Source of the DNA: Fimbriimonadales bacterium
GTDB lineage: Bacteria > Armatimonadota > Fimbriimonadia > Fimbriimonadales > JABRVX01
Assembly: GCA_045862955.1 (NCBI GenBank)
Contig: BTVI01000060.1
Coordinates: 1 to 15,521, forward strand
Direction: 5' to 3'
DNA length: 15,521 bases
In this document: positions 13,747 through 15,521 of the stretch, piece after piece
How the letters are laid out: each line of letters begins with the position of its first letter
Numbering within the stretch: the stretch's first letter is position 1
The notes under the pieces: model-generated
The model's input: the letters and a program-made list of their open reading frames with translations, nothing else
What the model was told of the DNA's origin: nothing
The model's database searches: none
Program-made: the position numbers and the translations under genes

Positions 13747-15521
13747 ATGCCCCGGCCCGCGTCCGCCGGCTAGCAGCCACCGACGGCATGGTTCGACCCT
13801 AAGGACCGCGCCGGGGCAGGGTCGCGGGCGGCAGCAGGCGCATGCTTCGACAGGCTCAGCATGACGGCTGCGGGTCGCTGTTTTCTCTATGCCCCGGCCC
13901 GCGTCCGCCGCTTGGCAGCCACCGACGGCATGGTTCGACCCTAAGGACCGCGCCGGGGCAGGGTCGGGACGGCAGCAGGCGCATGCTTCGACCGGCTCAG
14001 CATGAAGTTTGGGCGAGTGGTGCGATGGGTGTATATGAGGTGGGTAGCGTGGTGGGGGGGGGGGGTGGGGGGGGGGGCCCCCATCACCAGCCTCTGACCT
14101 CGGGTGCCTCGACGTTCGGCTGCTCGGGGAGTCGCCGGGTGAGAGCGTGGCAGCAGACGGCAGCCGAAACGTCTCGGCATGGAAACGTGTGGGCGGCGGT
14201 CCCATGCTTCGACAGGCTCAGCATGACGTCACCAGTGCCCCATCCTCTGCGAGTGGTGAGGCACAGGAAAACGTGCGGTCGGCGGTCCCATGCTTCGACA
14301 GGCTCAGCATGACGTCACCAGTGCTCCATCCTCTGCGAGCGGTGAGGGCACACAACATGCCCTTTGCCGCGTCATGCTGAGCTTGTCGAAGCATGCCCCC
14401 GCCCCCAGCACGCTACCGACCTCGGATACTACCATCGCGGCAAGTGCCGTAACGTCATGCTGAGCTTGTCGAAGCATGCGCCTGCTGCCGCCCGCGGCCC
14501 TGCCCCGGCGCGGTCCTTAGGGTCGAACCATGCCGTCGGTGGCTGCCAAGCGGCGGACGCGGGCCGGGGCATAGAACTACCATCGCGGCAAGTGCCGTAA
14601 CGTCATGCTGAGCCTGTCGAAGCATGCGCCTGCTGCCGCCCGCGACCCTGCCCCGGCGCGGTCCTTAGGCACGAGCCATGCCGTCGGTGGCTGCTAGCCG
14701 GCGGACGCGGGCCGGGGCATATACACACGTGCTCGCGGGCCGGGGCATGGAATCGCCCCTCCCTCTCCCCCGTTCGCGGGGGAGAGGGTTGGGGTGAGGG
14801 GGGCCATCACCAGTCGCTGGCGTTCGGTGCCTCGACGTTCGGCTGCTAGGTGGGTCGCTGGGCGAGAGCGTGGCGGCAGACGACAGCCGAAACGTCTAGG
14901 CATGGAAACGTGCGGTCAGCGGTCCCATGCTTCGACAGGCTCAGCATGGCGTCGCTAGTGACTCATGCTTTGCAGCTGGTTAGAGATATGAAAGTGGTGA
15001 GGGCACACAACATGCCCTTTGCCGCGTCATGCTGAGCTTGTCGAAGCATGACCCCGCCCCCAGCACGCTACCGACCTCATATACTACCATCGCGGCAAGT
15101 GCCGTAACGTCATGCTGAGCCTGTCGAAGCATGCGCCTGCTGCCGTCCCGACCCTGCCCCGGCGCGGTCCTTCGGGTCGAACCATGCCGTCGGTGGCTGC
15201 CAAGCGGCGGACGCGGGCCGGGGCATAGAGAAAACAGCGACCCGCAGCCGTCATGCTGAGCCTGTCGAAGCATGCGCCTGCTATCGTCCCGACCCTGCCC
15301 CGGCGCGGTCCTTAGGCACGAGCCATGCCGTCGGTGGCTGCTAGCCGGCGGACGCGGGCCGGGGCATAGATAAAACAGCGACCCGCAGCCGTCATGCTGA
15401 GCCTGTCGAAGCATGCGCCTGCTGCCGCCCGCGACCCTGCCCCGGCGCGGTCCTTAGGCACGAGCCATGCCGTCGGTGGCTGCCAAGCGGCTGACGCGGG
15501 CCGGGGCATAGAGAAAACAGC
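13747..15521. repeat. REP-like repeat field 3: mosaic of 141-bp units and other modules, running off the window end
   Basis: Core copies reverse at 13843, 13984, 14205, 14291 and 14928; forward at 14371, 14454, 14602, 15026, 15109, 15250 and 15391. Period 141 at 15109/15250/15391 and 13843/13984; period 86 at 14205/14291; 14341-~14574 recurs at offset 655. Confidence 0.92.
14758..14803 (-). repeat. BoxC-like palindromic repeat, same family as 1503-1598
   Basis: 12-bp perfect stem CCCTCTCCCCCG-TTCG-CGGGGGAGAGGG followed by TTGGGGTGAGGGGGG. Confidence 0.8.

Noticed and set aside
13843..15521. CRISPR array (recurring 23-nt palindromic repeat)
   Set aside because: Intervening sequences are about 55-300 nt, are themselves repeated rather than unique, the repeats occur in both orientations, and there are no cas genes in the window.

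Overview
GC-rich bacterial chromosomal window. Lineage is inferred only: UBact-type modifiers are known from Gram-negative phyla such as Armatimonadota, Nitrospirota and Verrucomicrobiota. Two gene blocks converge, and three dense REP-like repeat fields flank them (about 1-621, 7653-7989 and 13687-15521). On the left is a minus-strand RbsD/FucU-family gene. On the plus strand follow an M24 Xaa-Pro peptidase and a translationally coupled dop-ubact-prcB-prcA-pafA operon: a Pup-like tagging and 20S proteasome system whose 62-aa modifier ends in RSGE. No ARC/Mpa ATPase gene is present in the window. On the right, minus strand, a sigma70-like promoter precedes a stand-alone LeuA-regulatory-domain-like protein, an uncalled 41-aa peptide ORF with a strong RBS, a multi-TM HD-GYP phosphodiesterase, a catalytically degenerate one-TM HD-GYP partner, a GT-C glycosyltransferase and xerD. 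The best candidate for an undescribed system is this peptide + membrane HD-GYP pair + LeuA-like protein module, a possible peptide-sensing c-di-GMP circuit (inference). The repeat fields are not CRISPR. They are hierarchical mosaics built on a 23-nt palindromic motif, with 141-bp, 86-89-bp and ~357-bp higher-order units.
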